Source: Fastidiosibacter lacustris
GTDB taxonomy: Bacteria > Pseudomonadota > Gammaproteobacteria > Francisellales > Francisellaceae
Direction of reading: 5' to 3'
Length of the DNA stretch: 32,000 nucleotides
Assembly: GCF_003428155.1 (NCBI RefSeq)
Contig: NZ_QLIR01000008.1
Coordinates: forward strand, 1 to 32,000
The translations under genes and the position numbers were made by a program. Below are positions 9,273-19,341 of the stretch, piece by piece (the stretch's first letter is position 1; every line of letters begins with the position of its first letter). The notes beneath the pieces are model-generated. The model did no database searches. It saw nothing but the letters and a program-made list of their open reading frames with translations, and had not been told where the DNA came from.

Positions 9273-9441
9273 GTGTTCAAATTTTCATATCGTCACCCAT
9301 TCGTGCCTTCAAATCAAGAAAAATGCTTTGCCATATTCCTTAAAATTATGGCCTGACAAAGTATTAACCCCTACATTGAGTCAAATTTAGCAATCCTCGT
9401 AGCTTGCTGCAAAAAATATAGTCCTACTAAGATCTAAGGAT

Positions 9442-12156
9442 CTAAGCTAACGCACCATGACATTGTTTATATTTTTTACCTGAACCACATGGGCATGGAT
9501 CATTACGTTTGACTTTAGGTGTTTCGCGCACAAATGGTTGATGTGCACGATGTGCTGTCTCTTCATCGTGTCTTGATGAGCTACCACCTGCCAATACATC
9601 TTCATGTTGTGCTTCGATATTTTTAATCGAACTCTTCCATTCTTGTTCCATTTTTTGCGCTTCTTCTGGCGCTTGGATTCGAATCTTCGCTAAGTTAGAA
9701 ATAACTTCATATTTAAAGTTATCAAGCATGCTCGAAAAAAGCTCAAATGACTCTTTTTTGTATTCATTTTTAGGATCTTTTTGTGCATAACCACGCAGAT
9801 TAATACTGTTGCGTAAATGATCCATCGCATTTAAATGCTCACGCCAATGGCTATCAAGTGCCTGCATCAAACTGACTTTCTCAAAGTGACGAATTGCGGT
9901 TAAGTCTAAGTTTTGTGTTTTATTTTGTGTTTTATGCTGATATTCATCAACGATTGCTTTAACGACAATTTCCTTTAAGTGCTCATCAGTTAAATGATCA
10001 TCCTCTGCTAATATCCTACGCAAGTTAATTGAAATAGCAAAATCATTTAATAATACTGTTTCCAAACCTTCCAAATCCCACTGATCTTCTATCGATCTTG
10101 CTGGCACGTGGTCATGAAATAACTTTTCTGCTACATCATAGCGCATACTGTTAATAATGGCAGAAACATCTTCTCTACTTAGAAGCTCTTCACGCTGTTT
10201 ATAAATCACCATTCTTTGTTCATTAGCAACATTGTCATATTCAAGCAGGTTCTTACGAATGTCAAAATGGTATTGCTCAACCTTTGATTGCGCTTTAGCA
10301 ATAAAACGCGTCATCATTCCAAATTGAATCGACTCTCCCCCTGCCAATGCTTTTTTCATTCTATTAGCTAAAGATTCAGAGGCAAAAATGCGTAGTAAAT
10401 TATCATCCATAGATAAATAAAAACGACTCTCACCTGGATCACCTTGGCGACCTGACCGCCCTCTTAATTGATTATCCACCCTACGTGAATCATGTCTCTC
10501 AGAACCTAAAATACACAACCCACCTGCCTCAATGACTTGCAGGTTACGTTTTTTCCAATCTTCTTTAATCTTAGCAATTTGCTCGACCGTAGGCGCTTCT
10601 AGTGCCGCAATTTCTGCTTCCCAGTTCCCACCTAAAATAATATCAGTACCTCGACCTGCCATGTTAGTTGCAATTGTAACGTTCCCTGGATAACCTGCTT
10701 GAGCGATGATTGCCGCTTCCCTTGCATGCTGCTTGGCATTTAATACTTCATGCTTTATTTTCTTTTTACGCAGTAACGTTGATAAAATTTCAGATGTGTC
10801 AATCGATGCTGTACCAACAAGAACCGGTTGACCTTTTTCAACACGCGTTTTGATATCTTCAACAATTGCTTTAAATTTATCTTTTTGGTCACCAAAAATA
10901 CGATCATGATGATCTTCACGCTTAGGTGGACGGTTTGTTGGAATCACTACAACTTCTAAACCATAGATCTCGTGAAATTCAAAGGCCTCAGTATCTGCCG
11001 TTCCCGTCATACCAGACAGTTTATTATATAATTTGAAGAAATTTTGAAAAGTAATGGAAGCTAAGGTTTGGTTTTCACCTTGTACCTTGACAGCTTCTTT
11101 GGCTTCAATTGCTTGGTGTAAACCATCTGACCAGCGACGACCTTCCATGGCTCGTCCAGTATTCTCATCAATAATAATCACTTCCTGATCACGAATAATA
11201 TAATCAACATTCTTCTGATACAAGTTATGCGCACGTAAACACGCATTTAAATAGTGCATTTTGGTGACATGCTGAGGTGAATATAAGTTATCACTCTCAT
11301 TTAAAATGCCTTCACGCATCAATGCTTCTTCAATTTTTGTATGACCTTGATCTGTCAAATAAGCTTGTTTAGATTTTTCATCTAGATAAAAATCCCCATC
11401 ATTTGCTTCCGAGTTTGTTTGCTTGGTCAAAGTTGGTACTAAGCGATTAAATAATAAATACATATCTGAGCTATCTTCTGATGCTCCAGAAATAATCAAA
11501 GGCGTTCTGGCTTCATCAATTAAGATCGAATCGACTTCATCAATAATGACAAAATTGCGACTTCTTTGTACTTGATCTTGTTTGCTAAAAGCCATGTTGT
11601 CACGCAAATAATCAAAGCCAAACTCGTTGTTAGTACCATAGGTGATATCACAAGCATAAGCTGCTCTGCGTTGATCTGGTGATAAATTAGCAATGATGAT
11701 ACCTGTCGTTAAACCTAAAAAACTGTATATTTGCCCCATAAGCTCAGCATCGCGCGAAGCTAAGTAATCATTAACAGTGATCACATGCACGCCATTACCT
11801 GTTAATGCGTTTAAATAAGCTGGCAACGTCGCAACAAGCGTCTTACCTTCACCAGTACGCATTTCGGCGATCTTACCAGAGTGTAACACCATCCCACCAA
11901 TAAGTTGTACGTCATAATGGCGCATACCTTTAACGCGTTTTGCTGCTTCTCTAACAACCGCAAATGCCTCTGGTAACAGCTGTTCTAAAGTATTGCCGTT
12001 TTTTAAACGCTCTTTAAATTCATTCGTTTTTGCTTGTAATTCAGCATCGGTAAACTTTTCAATTTCAGATTCTAAGGCATTGATTTTATCAACCGTTTTT
12101 CGCATTTTTTTAATTAAACGGTCATTACGGCTACCAAATAGTTTTTTTATAATCAT
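9442..12156 (-). CDS. secA: Preprotein translocase subunit SecA
   Basis: 904 aa. Walker [69 protein letters not shown] and the C-terminal zinc motif [14 protein letters not shown]. Confidence 0.99.
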   Translation of the reverse strand: MIIKKLFGSRNDRLIKKMRKTVDKINALESEIEKFTDAELQAKTNEFKERLKNGNTLEQLLPEAFAVVREAAKRVKGMRHYDVQLIGGMVLHSGKIAEMRTGEGKTLVATLPAYLNALTGNGVHVITVNDYLASRDAELMGQIYSFLGLTTGIIIANLSPDQRRAAYACDITYGTNNEFGFDYLRDNMAFSKQDQVQRSRNFVIIDEVDSILIDEARTPLIISGASEDSSDMYLLFNRLVPTLTKQTNSEANDGDFYLDEKSKQAYLTDQGHTKIEEALMREGILNESDNLYSPQHVTKMHYLNACLRAHNLYQKNVDYIIRDQEVIIIDENTGRAMEGRRWSDGLHQAIEAKEAVKVQGENQTLASITFQNFFKLYNKLSGMTGTADTEAFEFHEIYGLEVVVIPTNRPPKREDHHDRIFGDQKDKFKAIVEDIKTRVEKGQPVLVGTASIDTSEILSTLLRKKKIKHEVLNAKQHAREAAIIAQAGYPGNVTIATNMAGRGTDIILGGNWEAEIAALEAPTVEQIAKIKEDWKKRNLQVIEAGGLCILGSERHDSRRVDNQLRGRSGRQGDPGESRFYLSMDDNLLRIFASESLANRMKKALAGGESIQFGMMTRFIAKAQSKVEQYHFDIRKNLLEYDNVANEQRMVIYKQREELLSREDVSAIINSMRYDVAEKLFHDHVPARSIEDQWDLEGLETVLLNDFAISINLRRILAEDDHLTDEHLKEIVVKAIVDEYQHKTQNKTQNLDLTAIRHFEKVSLMQALDSHWREHLNAMDHLRNSINLRGYAQKDPKNEYKKESFELFSSMLDNFKYEVISNLAKIRIQAPEEAQKMEQEWKSSIKNIEAQHEDVLAGGSSSRHDEETAHRAHQPFVRETPKVKRNDPCPCGSGKKYKQCHGALA

Positions 12157-12244
12157 CTATCTTCCAAACGATGGGTTGGTTTCCACTTAACTGGTTTTGG
12201 ATTATACTGCAACTTATTCCATAACAAAAGCTAAGTGCGTCAAA

Positions 12245-12700
12245 ATGATCCGTAAGACAAACTACTCAGTTGATGAGCTTTTTACTGTCAAAAAGTCAAC
12301 TCTTCTGCACTCAATAAAAAAACAGCACGATATCGCTCAAACGACTCAACAAACGTTGCTCAATTTTAATATTCCCTATTTCAACCACACCAAAGTGTGC
12401 TTTTACAATGGTACTAAACTTGTGTTAAAAACGGATATTCCAGAATTGCTTTCTAAATTTCGAGAACTTAAAAAAGAGCTCATTACATTGTTAAAGACAA
12501 GTGACTACTTTAATCGCCTTGAAAAACTGGAGCTCATTCTTGAATTCAATTTCTTAGGTAACCAAAAAGATCATCATGCCAAGCCTGCACCACAAAGTGC
12601 ACAAACGGCTTTTAAACACTTAGCAGACCAAATAAATAATGATCAAATCAAGCACTCCATTCACACCTTTCTTAAAAAACACTATGATCAAAACAACTAA
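12245..12700 (+). CDS. DUF721/DciA-like protein
   Basis: ORF 12197..12700, likely starting at the internal MIRKTNYSV. The call rests on size, N-terminal helical region and divergent position next to secA, as seen in many gammaproteobacteria. Confidence 0.5.
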   Translation: MIRKTNYSVDELFTVKKSTLLHSIKKQHDIAQTTQQTLLNFNIPYFNHTKVCFYNGTKLVLKTDIPELLSKFRELKKELITLLKTSDYFNRLEKLELILEFNFLGNQKDHHAKPAPQSAQTAFKHLADQINNDQIKHSIHTFLKKHYDQNN

Positions 12701-13394
12701 ACAGTTTTCCTATCTTTTTTTTGACCTTGATGGCACGTTGATCAATAGCGTTAAAGACATCACCTATGCTTTAAACAAAATGCGCGCTCATTTCAACTTA
12801 ACGGCCATTACTGATACAACAACGGCAAGTATCATTGGCAAAGGTTTTCCCACGACAACCCAAAAAGTGCTTGCACTTGATCTGCCCGAAGATAAAGTTA
12901 AACGTTATGCTAAAGAAGCGCTTGATTTAACACTAAAATACTATGAACTTACAATGGGAGAACACACTTATATCTACCCTGGCGTTATTGAAACCTTAGA
13001 TATATTTAAATCACAAAATATCCCTATGGCAGTTGTTACCAACAAAGAACAAGCACACGCTATCAAAATTTTGTCGTATTTAAATTTAATGCCCTATTTT
13101 GATTGCATCGCTGGAGGAGACACGACAGCGTTTTACAAACCTCATCCTGCACCTTTAGCCTATGCGTGCAACAAACTTCACGCTACAATTGAACAGAGTC
13201 TTATGATTGGTGATTCGTTAAATGATTATTTATGTGCCAAAGTGCTTGGTATGAGCTGTATTTTAATCAGTCATGGCTATGCCAATGGTGTAAATTTACA
13301 TAAGTTAGGTGCTTTAAACGTCATCGAACAATTCGTAGAATTAAAGCAATATGCCAAACAATGCTCGAACTCCTTAAACTACAATTCAAAATAG
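12684..13394 (+). CDS. gph: HAD-family phosphoglycolate phosphatase-like hydrolase
   Basis: FDLDGTLINSVKDI, VVTNKEQAHA, CIAGGDTTAFYKPHPAPL and MIGDSLNDYLCAKVLGM. Likely start is MIKTTKQFSYLFFDLDGT, overlapping the previous ORF end. Confidence 0.85.
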   Translation: MIKTTKQFSYLFFDLDGTLINSVKDITYALNKMRAHFNLTAITDTTTASIIGKGFPTTTQKVLALDLPEDKVKRYAKEALDLTLKYYELTMGEHTYIYPGVIETLDIFKSQNIPMAVVTNKEQAHAIKILSYLNLMPYFDCIAGGDTTAFYKPHPAPLAYACNKLHATIEQSLMIGDSLNDYLCAKVLGMSCILISHGYANGVNLHKLGALNVIEQFVELKQYAKQCSNSLNYNSK

Positions 13395-13414
13395 TGTGAT
13401 ATGCCATCCTTCAC

Positions 13415-13900
13415 TTACCTAAAATAGTGAGATGATTCTTTTGGCTGTAAAGTAGCTTGTAAAACAAGTGCATCTTCTTGTTTGTCACCAACTTGGTAAT
13501 AGTTTTTACGTACCGAGATTTGCTCAAAACCATATTTTTTATAAATACTAATTGCAGGAATATTACTGACCCCCACCTCTAAAAATAATTTTTCAATCTT
13601 CTTATACGCCAAATGATTCATTAAATATGCCAACAATTTTTGTCCAAAACCTTGGTGTTGATAGATTTTGGCTACTGAGAAATTTAAAATCTCAGCTTCA
13701 TCAAAAATAGCCGAGACAACCACAAAGGCAATTAAGCGATCATTAGGGTCCAACAATCCCCAGGTTTCAGTATGTGCGGATAAGATACTGTCTTTCATTA
13801 GTGAAGCCGACCATGGATGATCAAATACTTCACGCTCAATATCCATCATCTGAGGCAGGTAATTTTCACTTAGTGGTAAAATCTGATACTGCGTAGACAT
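13415..13900 (-). CDS. rimI: Ribosomal-protein-alanine N-acetyltransferase (GNAT)
   Basis: MMDIEREVFDHPWSASLMKDS, KIYQHQGFGQKLLAYLMNH, KLFLEVGVSNIPAISIYKKYGFEQISVRKNYY. Confidence 0.9.
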   Translation of the reverse strand: MSTQYQILPLSENYLPQMMDIEREVFDHPWSASLMKDSILSAHTETWGLLDPNDRLIAFVVVSAIFDEAEILNFSVAKIYQHQGFGQKLLAYLMNHLAYKKIEKLFLEVGVSNIPAISIYKKYGFEQISVRKNYYQVGDKQEDALVLQATLQPKESSHYFR

Positions 13901-14297
13901 GGATCATAGCCTGTTTTTTTATATTAGCGCTTGTGAGTTTATCGATTGGGATTTTAAAACTTCTGTAATCATATGTTCCACCCAACTCCTCTATCATCAA
14001 ACGTTCATCATAAATAATAATTCCATTAGATGCCATTATTTTTTTTATATCAAGCGTTGAATATTCGTGGTACTGAATCTTTTTGTGCTTAAACATAGCA
14101 CTTAGAAAACATGCCAGTACTTTTTTATGCTGAAGTGTTGATAGAATAACATCTACTAAATGTGTATCTATAACGATCGAATCAAAATTCTTATTATTAT
14201 CTATACACTCAATAATTGTTTGTTGCTTATGCTTATAACACCATAAATCGATATCTAAATACTGTAAAATTACTTTTTGCCTACTATCAATCATCAT
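13866..14297 (-). CDS. Possible DNA polymerase III psi subunit (HolD-like)
   Basis: 143 aa; N-terminal RQKVILQYLDIDLWCYK resembles the HolD start pattern. It lies immediately upstream of and overlaps rimI, the same order as holD-rimI in enterobacteria. The rest is divergent. Confidence 0.45.
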   Translation of the reverse strand: MMIDSRQKVILQYLDIDLWCYKHKQQTIIECIDNNKNFDSIVIDTHLVDVILSTLQHKKVLACFLSAMFKHKKIQYHEYSTLDIKKIMASNGIIIYDERLMIEELGGTYDYRSFKIPIDKLTSANIKKQAMIHVYAVSDFTTK

Positions 14298-14305
14298 GAA
14301 CTATT

Positions 14306-14626
14306 TTAAATCCCAATACTTGATAACAAGTTACAGATCGAACGTATGGTATCTGTAAGTCGTGGGTGAGTAATTTCGTATTCCATAACTACTTGTTCAA
14401 GATCACTAAAATCAGCCTCTTTTGGATCTTGCAACTTACTCATTTCAATTTTCTGTTTTGTTAGCTTTGCAATTTCAATCGCTTGTGCTTGTTGATCTTT
14501 TGGAAAAGTTGCAAGTTCGCTTTGTAATTGGTCCAAAAGCTCAGATAGCGCTTCTGTATCGACAAAATTTAACTTACCTGTATTTTGTAACAGTTGTTTG
14601 ATCTGAGCGATAGTATCTTTAAGCAT
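14306..14626 (-). CDS. DUF4404 family protein
   Basis: 106 aa helical protein; C-terminal DLEQVVMEYEITHPRLTDTIRSICNLLSSIGI matches the family pattern as I recall it. Confidence 0.6.
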   Translation of the reverse strand: MLKDTIAQIKQLLQNTGKLNFVDTEALSELLDQLQSELATFPKDQQAQAIEIAKLTKQKIEMSKLQDPKEADFSDLEQVVMEYEITHPRLTDTIRSICNLLSSIGI

Positions 14627-14674
14627 AGTTATTCTCCTTGAATATCTTGAGACACTTATTCTAGGAACAAACCC

Positions 14675-15910
14675 TTACTTTGACAATTGGATTGGTTGTA
14701 ATAAATTGATTTTGTTTGGACAAAACAAAATGCTGTCATAATTATGAATACTATAATGTTCAACTAATTGTTCACAAACAGCAATTGCACGCACTGAGTT
14801 GCCATGATTATCTAAACGTGGTGAATATATTGCAATTCCCATCACATCTGGTACCACAACATAAATCCCACCTGAAACACCACTTTTAGCAGGAAGTCCA
14901 ATAGAAAATGCCCACTCACCTGAATAATCATACATTCCACAAGAATACATAAGCGATAAGCAATGCTTAATCGTTTCTGGTCTAAAGACTTCTTTTTGCG
15001 TTAAAGGGTTGGTGCCAGCATTGGCAAAACTTGCCGCAATGATAGCTAACAGTTCGCTATTAAGCTCAATTGAGCAAGCTTGAAAGTATAGGTTAAGCGT
15101 TTGATGTAAGTCCGTATTTTTAGGAAAGGCATGATGTTCGCGCATGAAATAACCTAAGGCATAGTTACGATCCGCTGTGTCTTTTTCCGAATTATAAACC
15201 GCATTGTTAAAAGTAATCTTGTTGCTGTCACTTAATACATAAAGTGCCTGCATAATATGATTAAAACGCCCAGCAGGTGACAACTTACGCTTAATCATAG
15301 CACATGACATAATCGCTCCAGCATTAATCATCGGATTATGAGGCAATCCTTTATCATTCAAAGTCAATTCATTGAAATTTTTACCACTGGGTTCTCTACC
15401 AACATGCTTATGCACAGATTGAAGCCCATTTTCTTCTAAATTGAGTGCATACAATACCGGTTTAACCATCGATTGCATACAAAAGCGGGTCTTATAGTCT
15501 CCTATGCTAAATTGCTGACCATCTACTGTACACACTGAAATAGAAAACTGTTCAGGATTAACTTTTTTAAGTTCTGGAATATAACTTGCTACTTTGCCTT
15601 TTTTGTTGGTTATAATCGTATTATAAATTTCTTGTAGTCTTTCACAAAAAGTTGAAAAATCAGGTATAACAAGCATTTTTGAGAATAACTTAGTATAAAA
15701 ATCTCTATCTTCATATTGCATGAGTTCTTCAAATTGAAGTGATGTTAATTGCGACTCATGTAAGTTTTCAAGCTTTGTTATTAAGGTTTTTGTCTTGTTA
15801 TTTTCACGACTAAAGCCTTGCGACTTCAGATAATCAATAATTGCTTTGCCAGTAGCAACGTTATTACAAGAGTTTAAAACTAATTGGTAAAGGTCACAGC
15901 ATATAGTCAT
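14675..15910 (-). CDS. glsA: Glutaminase A
   Basis: C-terminal ~300 aa contains CMQSMVKPVLYALNLEENG, GREPSGKNFNELTLNDKGLPHNPMINAGAIM, CSIELNSELLAIIAASFANAGTNPLT and SGVSGGIYVVVPDVMGIAIYSPRLDNHGNSVRA. There is an N-terminal ~100 aa extension. Confidence 0.92.
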   Translation of the reverse strand: MTICCDLYQLVLNSCNNVATGKAIIDYLKSQGFSRENNKTKTLITKLENLHESQLTSLQFEELMQYEDRDFYTKLFSKMLVIPDFSTFCERLQEIYNTIITNKKGKVASYIPELKKVNPEQFSISVCTVDGQQFSIGDYKTRFCMQSMVKPVLYALNLEENGLQSVHKHVGREPSGKNFNELTLNDKGLPHNPMINAGAIMSCAMIKRKLSPAGRFNHIMQALYVLSDSNKITFNNAVYNSEKDTADRNYALGYFMREHHAFPKNTDLHQTLNLYFQACSIELNSELLAIIAASFANAGTNPLTQKEVFRPETIKHCLSLMYSCGMYDYSGEWAFSIGLPAKSGVSGGIYVVVPDVMGIAIYSPRLDNHGNSVRAIAVCEQLVEHYSIHNYDSILFCPNKINLLQPIQLSK

Positions 15911-16252
15911 ATGGCTTACATTTACTACGTAGAAATGTACTTTATTGTAGAGTAAAGGATTGCGGCTTGAAAGCCAAAGTCATTATTTTCTGCGTTTACT
16001 AAAAAAGAGCCAAGCAAATTTGTAACGATATGCTGACGAGGCAGACAGCTTGAACAAAATTTATATTGTTGAAGAATAACTGATTTGATTTTGTACACCC
16101 ATATACAGAATCTATTATGAGGCCTTAACCGCTATGACAAGATAGATACCATAATTAGATACAATTAGTTATAGAATGTTAATACAAAATATACTGCATT
16201 CTGCGTTATATTCCACGCTAGGTAATGGAGTAGAGCTGGGTATGAATATAAA

Positions 16253-17374
16253 ATGAGATATAGATATCTATTTGCCACATTAGCCCTATCAATCTTGATA
16301 TGTGTAAATAGTGTGCAAAACTCACCCTTGTCTGATTATACAGATCACCCAGTACTATCAAATGCACTTCGATTAAAGGAAATTGCAGATACCGAAAACC
16401 TGCATGATTTTAATTTCCTTAAGGATCTTTCAAAAGATTATGATTGCCATAATTACACTGTAGTACTAAAAACCATTGAAAAAATTAAAGCGGATAACTA
16501 CTGGTTAAAACAAGTGTATCAACATGTTGATTTCCCTTATGAAAATATATCGTTGAAAGATATTAGAAAATATATTGGTTATGATAATTACAAAGGTATT
16601 TTTGATGATGCAATTGATCTTTTGAACTCTACTTGCACCAACGACAGCGTTTACAGCACCAACTTGCTGAAAACGTCACCTAAAGTTTTTCTGGTAAGCA
16701 AAGTCACCATGATTTATATGGTCTTTGAATTGTCTGAAAATATCTCAGATATCTTTCAATCCTTAAACTTGTCCTACCCTATTACGATTAAATCTAATGC
16801 TTTAAAAAAATTATTACATCCAGTTGCACTTTACGATCACAAAAAACACCAATTTAACCTTCTTAATAGTGGCTATGTCTGGGGAGGTAATTTCAAGGAT
16901 GAAAATAATTTCAAAGGAACAGATTGTTCTGGTTTTGTTCAATATAGTACACAAAGCCAAGTTAATCGCATGATAACAAAAATGCTCGAACTATCATGGA
17001 AAAAACAAGTTTACGGTCTAAACGTTGATGAAAAAATACAATACACTCAACTACAAAGCTGGTCAAATGTAGATATTTTAGATCAGGAGCTTGAAGCGAA
17101 AAATATCACTGAAAACACATTTGCCTCCGAGATTAAGTTAGGTGATTTGATTGCCATTCCTGGGCATGTCATGATTGCTATGGATTATCCTGTTAGTGCC
17201 AACAATACACTGTCAATTATTCATTGTACGCGCAAAGAAGACGACAGCCAAAATGGTATTAACATTGCTGAGTGGAGCTGGTCACACGGCAATGATAACG
17301 TGTGGATATTGCGTCCACGCATCAATACAAATGCTAGTATAATTAACTCTAACTCCACCAAGACAGAATTATGA
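16253..17374 (+). CDS. Secreted protein with C-terminal NlpC/P60-like cysteine peptidase domain
   Basis: Signal peptide (YRYLFATLALSILICVNS). YVWGGNFKDENNFKGTDCSGFVQYSTQ (catalytic Cys) and IKLGDLIAIPGHVMIAMDY (catalytic His), with about 200 aa of unassigned N-terminal sequence. Confidence 0.82.
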   Translation: MRYRYLFATLALSILICVNSVQNSPLSDYTDHPVLSNALRLKEIADTENLHDFNFLKDLSKDYDCHNYTVVLKTIEKIKADNYWLKQVYQHVDFPYENISLKDIRKYIGYDNYKGIFDDAIDLLNSTCTNDSVYSTNLLKTSPKVFLVSKVTMIYMVFELSENISDIFQSLNLSYPITIKSNALKKLLHPVALYDHKKHQFNLLNSGYVWGGNFKDENNFKGTDCSGFVQYSTQSQVNRMITKMLELSWKKQVYGLNVDEKIQYTQLQSWSNVDILDQELEAKNITENTFASEIKLGDLIAIPGHVMIAMDYPVSANNTLSIIHCTRKEDDSQNGINIAEWSWSHGNDNVWILRPRINTNASIINSNSTKTEL

Positions 17375-17570
17375 TAGGAGAGTTAAACCATAGATTAATG
17401 AGGTTAATAAGAGAAACAATGAATTGATTGTATTATAAACATTTAAACTGAGTTGACGTTAAGTAAAAATTTTTTAAAAAAACAAACTTTAGAATCGTGT
17501 AGTTAAGTATCATTTTATATTTATATTTTATATAATTGCACCCTCTTTTATCACCTGAGTATAGGGCAAA

Positions 17571-18347
17571 ATGTTAATCATCTGCGCAATTATTATGGGC
17601 TTTTTGGCAAGCTGTTTATCTAGTATTTTTGGTGGTGGGTTTGGATTATTATCCGTCCCTGCTATTTTTTGGATGATAAATCATTTTTCCCCAGAGACAC
17701 CACATGTCATGCAAATGACAATTGCAACTGGCACGTTATGTGCTATCCCATTGGGTGTAATTGCAACTTACAAGCAAATTAGATATAAAAATTTTGATTT
17801 AAAACTATACAAAAGCATTATCATCGTTATGACGATTGGTGCACTTATTGGTGCTTATCTTGCAACTATTATTGATAGTCACTCTCTAAAATACATTTTT
17901 GGTATCATCGTGTTACTTACCGCAATTTGGCTATTAATATTCAAAGCATCTAAACCCAGAAAAAAAACTATTTCCAAACCGTTATTTAAAAGCTTATCGA
18001 GTATAGTAGGTGGAATTTCAACGCTCACAGGAGTATCAGTTTTCAGTGTTCCTTTTTTTATTCTCTGCGGCATTGAAATCAAAAAAGCAATTGGCACATC
18101 AACTGCAATTGTTTTTACCTATACTACTATTGCAGGAATGTGGATGATATGCTTAGGAATACCTGTTATGGGTATCAATTGGCATAACCTTGGTTACGCC
18201 AACTTACCGATTTTTTTCTCGGCATTCATTCCTTGTATCTTAGGTGGCTTAGTAGGTGCTAAATTGGTACATGTTTTACCAAGTCATTTTTTGAAAAGGA
18301 TTTTTATTGTAATGATGTTTATTGTCTCTATTTTAATGCTGTTATAA
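17571..18347 (+). CDS. TauE/SafE-family sulfite exporter/permease
   Basis: Multi-pass protein with two similar halves: FGGGFGLLSVPAIFW...MQMTIATGTLCAIPLG and GGISTLTGVSVFSVPFFILCGIEIKKAIGTSTAIVF...LGGLVGAKLVHVLP. Confidence 0.85.
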   Translation: MLIICAIIMGFLASCLSSIFGGGFGLLSVPAIFWMINHFSPETPHVMQMTIATGTLCAIPLGVIATYKQIRYKNFDLKLYKSIIIVMTIGALIGAYLATIIDSHSLKYIFGIIVLLTAIWLLIFKASKPRKKTISKPLFKSLSSIVGGISTLTGVSVFSVPFFILCGIEIKKAIGTSTAIVFTYTTIAGMWMICLGIPVMGINWHNLGYANLPIFFSAFIPCILGGLVGAKLVHVLPSHFLKRIFIVMMFIVSILMLL

Positions 18348-18356
18348 AACATATCC

Positions 18357-18376
18357 ATCACAAACCATTTTGTGAT
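18357..18376. terminator. Inverted repeat between convergent genes, possible bidirectional terminator
   Basis: ATCACAAA-CCAT-TTTGTGAT, perfect 8-bp arms with a 4-nt loop, between convergent CDS ends at 18347 and 18408. There is no strong T-tract. Confidence 0.4.
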
Positions 18377-18407
18377 CGGCATAAACTAATCTCAATGGGC
18401 TATGATT

Positions 18408-19139
18408 TTATTTAAAATATGCTTCTAATTGATCTGCTCCACCAATATGCTGACCATCAATATAAATTTGAGGCACCGTCTGCTTGCCTGTGACTGCTCT
18501 TAATGAGCGAACAGACGCACTCTCACCAAGAACGATTTCTTCAAACAACATACCTTTTTCAGTCAATAATTTTTTTGCTCTAGCACAGTGTGGGCAGCCA
18601 GGTTTTGTAAAAATAGTTACTTCTTTTGGCAAGCTTTCATTAGGTGAAATGTATTTTAACATTGTATCAGCATCCGAAACTTCAAATGGATCGCCTGGCT
18701 TACTTGGTTCAATAAACATCTTATTGATTACCCCATTTTTTACTAGCATAGAATATCTCCATGAGCGTTTACCAAAGCCCAAATCATGCTTATCTACCAA
18801 CAAACCCATCTTTTCAGTGAACTCCCCATTTCCATCTGGAATAAAGCGGATATTTTCTGCTTTTTGATCTTTTTTCCACGCATTCATAACAAAGGTGTCA
18901 TTAACAGACAGACACACAATTGCATCTACACCATGTTTTTTAAAAAGTGGGAATAACTCGTTGTAACGCGGCACATGCGAAGATGAGCAAGTAGGTGTAA
19001 AAGCACCTGGCAATGAAAACACAATAACGTTTTTACCTCTGAAAAGATCATCTGTTGTTACATCCTGCCACTTGCCATCTTGAATTGTTTTAAAGGTAAC
19101 GTTTGGCACAGGCTGTGATTCTAAATTTTTAAACATCAT
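18408..19139 (-). CDS. Hybrid peroxiredoxin-glutaredoxin
   Basis: N-terminal Prx5-like domain (VIVFSLPGAFTPTCSSSHVPRYNEL) fused to a glutaredoxin domain (VTIFTKPGCPHCARAKKLL...TVPQIYIDGQHIGGADQLEAYF). Confidence 0.95.
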   Translation of the reverse strand: MMFKNLESQPVPNVTFKTIQDGKWQDVTTDDLFRGKNVIVFSLPGAFTPTCSSSHVPRYNELFPLFKKHGVDAIVCLSVNDTFVMNAWKKDQKAENIRFIPDGNGEFTEKMGLLVDKHDLGFGKRSWRYSMLVKNGVINKMFIEPSKPGDPFEVSDADTMLKYISPNESLPKEVTIFTKPGCPHCARAKKLLTEKGMLFEEIVLGESASVRSLRAVTGKQTVPQIYIDGQHIGGADQLEAYFK

Positions 19140-19258
19140 ATTTCTCCTTGCGTTTTGTTGATTGTGAGTCTTTTGACTTGGGTTACTATATCACTTGATT
19201 GCTACAACTTTAAATATATCATTCATTTATTTTTAATAAACTTTTCTTATAAATAGAA

Positions 19259-19318
19259 CGCTATAACTTACTCGACAGGATAAAGATAGCGCTGTATTCT
19301 TGCACTACTACAAGAATA
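19259..19318 (+). promoter_or_regulatory. Tandem hairpins in the probable 5' leader of the fused anthranilate synthase gene
   Basis: CGCTAT(19259-19264)...ATAGCG(19286-19291), then TATTCTTG(19295-19302)-CACTACTA-CAAGAATA(19311-19318). An AT-rich -10-like TTATAAAT lies just upstream at about 19247. Confidence 0.4.
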
Positions 19319-19341
19319 TAGAAACAACTAAGGAATAAAGA

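Noticed and set aside
9273-9441. Gap between the DAACS symporter and secA with GATCTAAGGATCTAAG near-repeat
   Set aside because: The direct repeat is only 8 nt and occurs once, and no RNA structure or coding signal was convincing.
18484-18867. Plus-strand 127-aa ORF opposite the peroxiredoxin-glutaredoxin gene
   Set aside because: Longest shadow ORF in the window, but it is fully antisense to a strongly recognised fusion protein and shows no signature.
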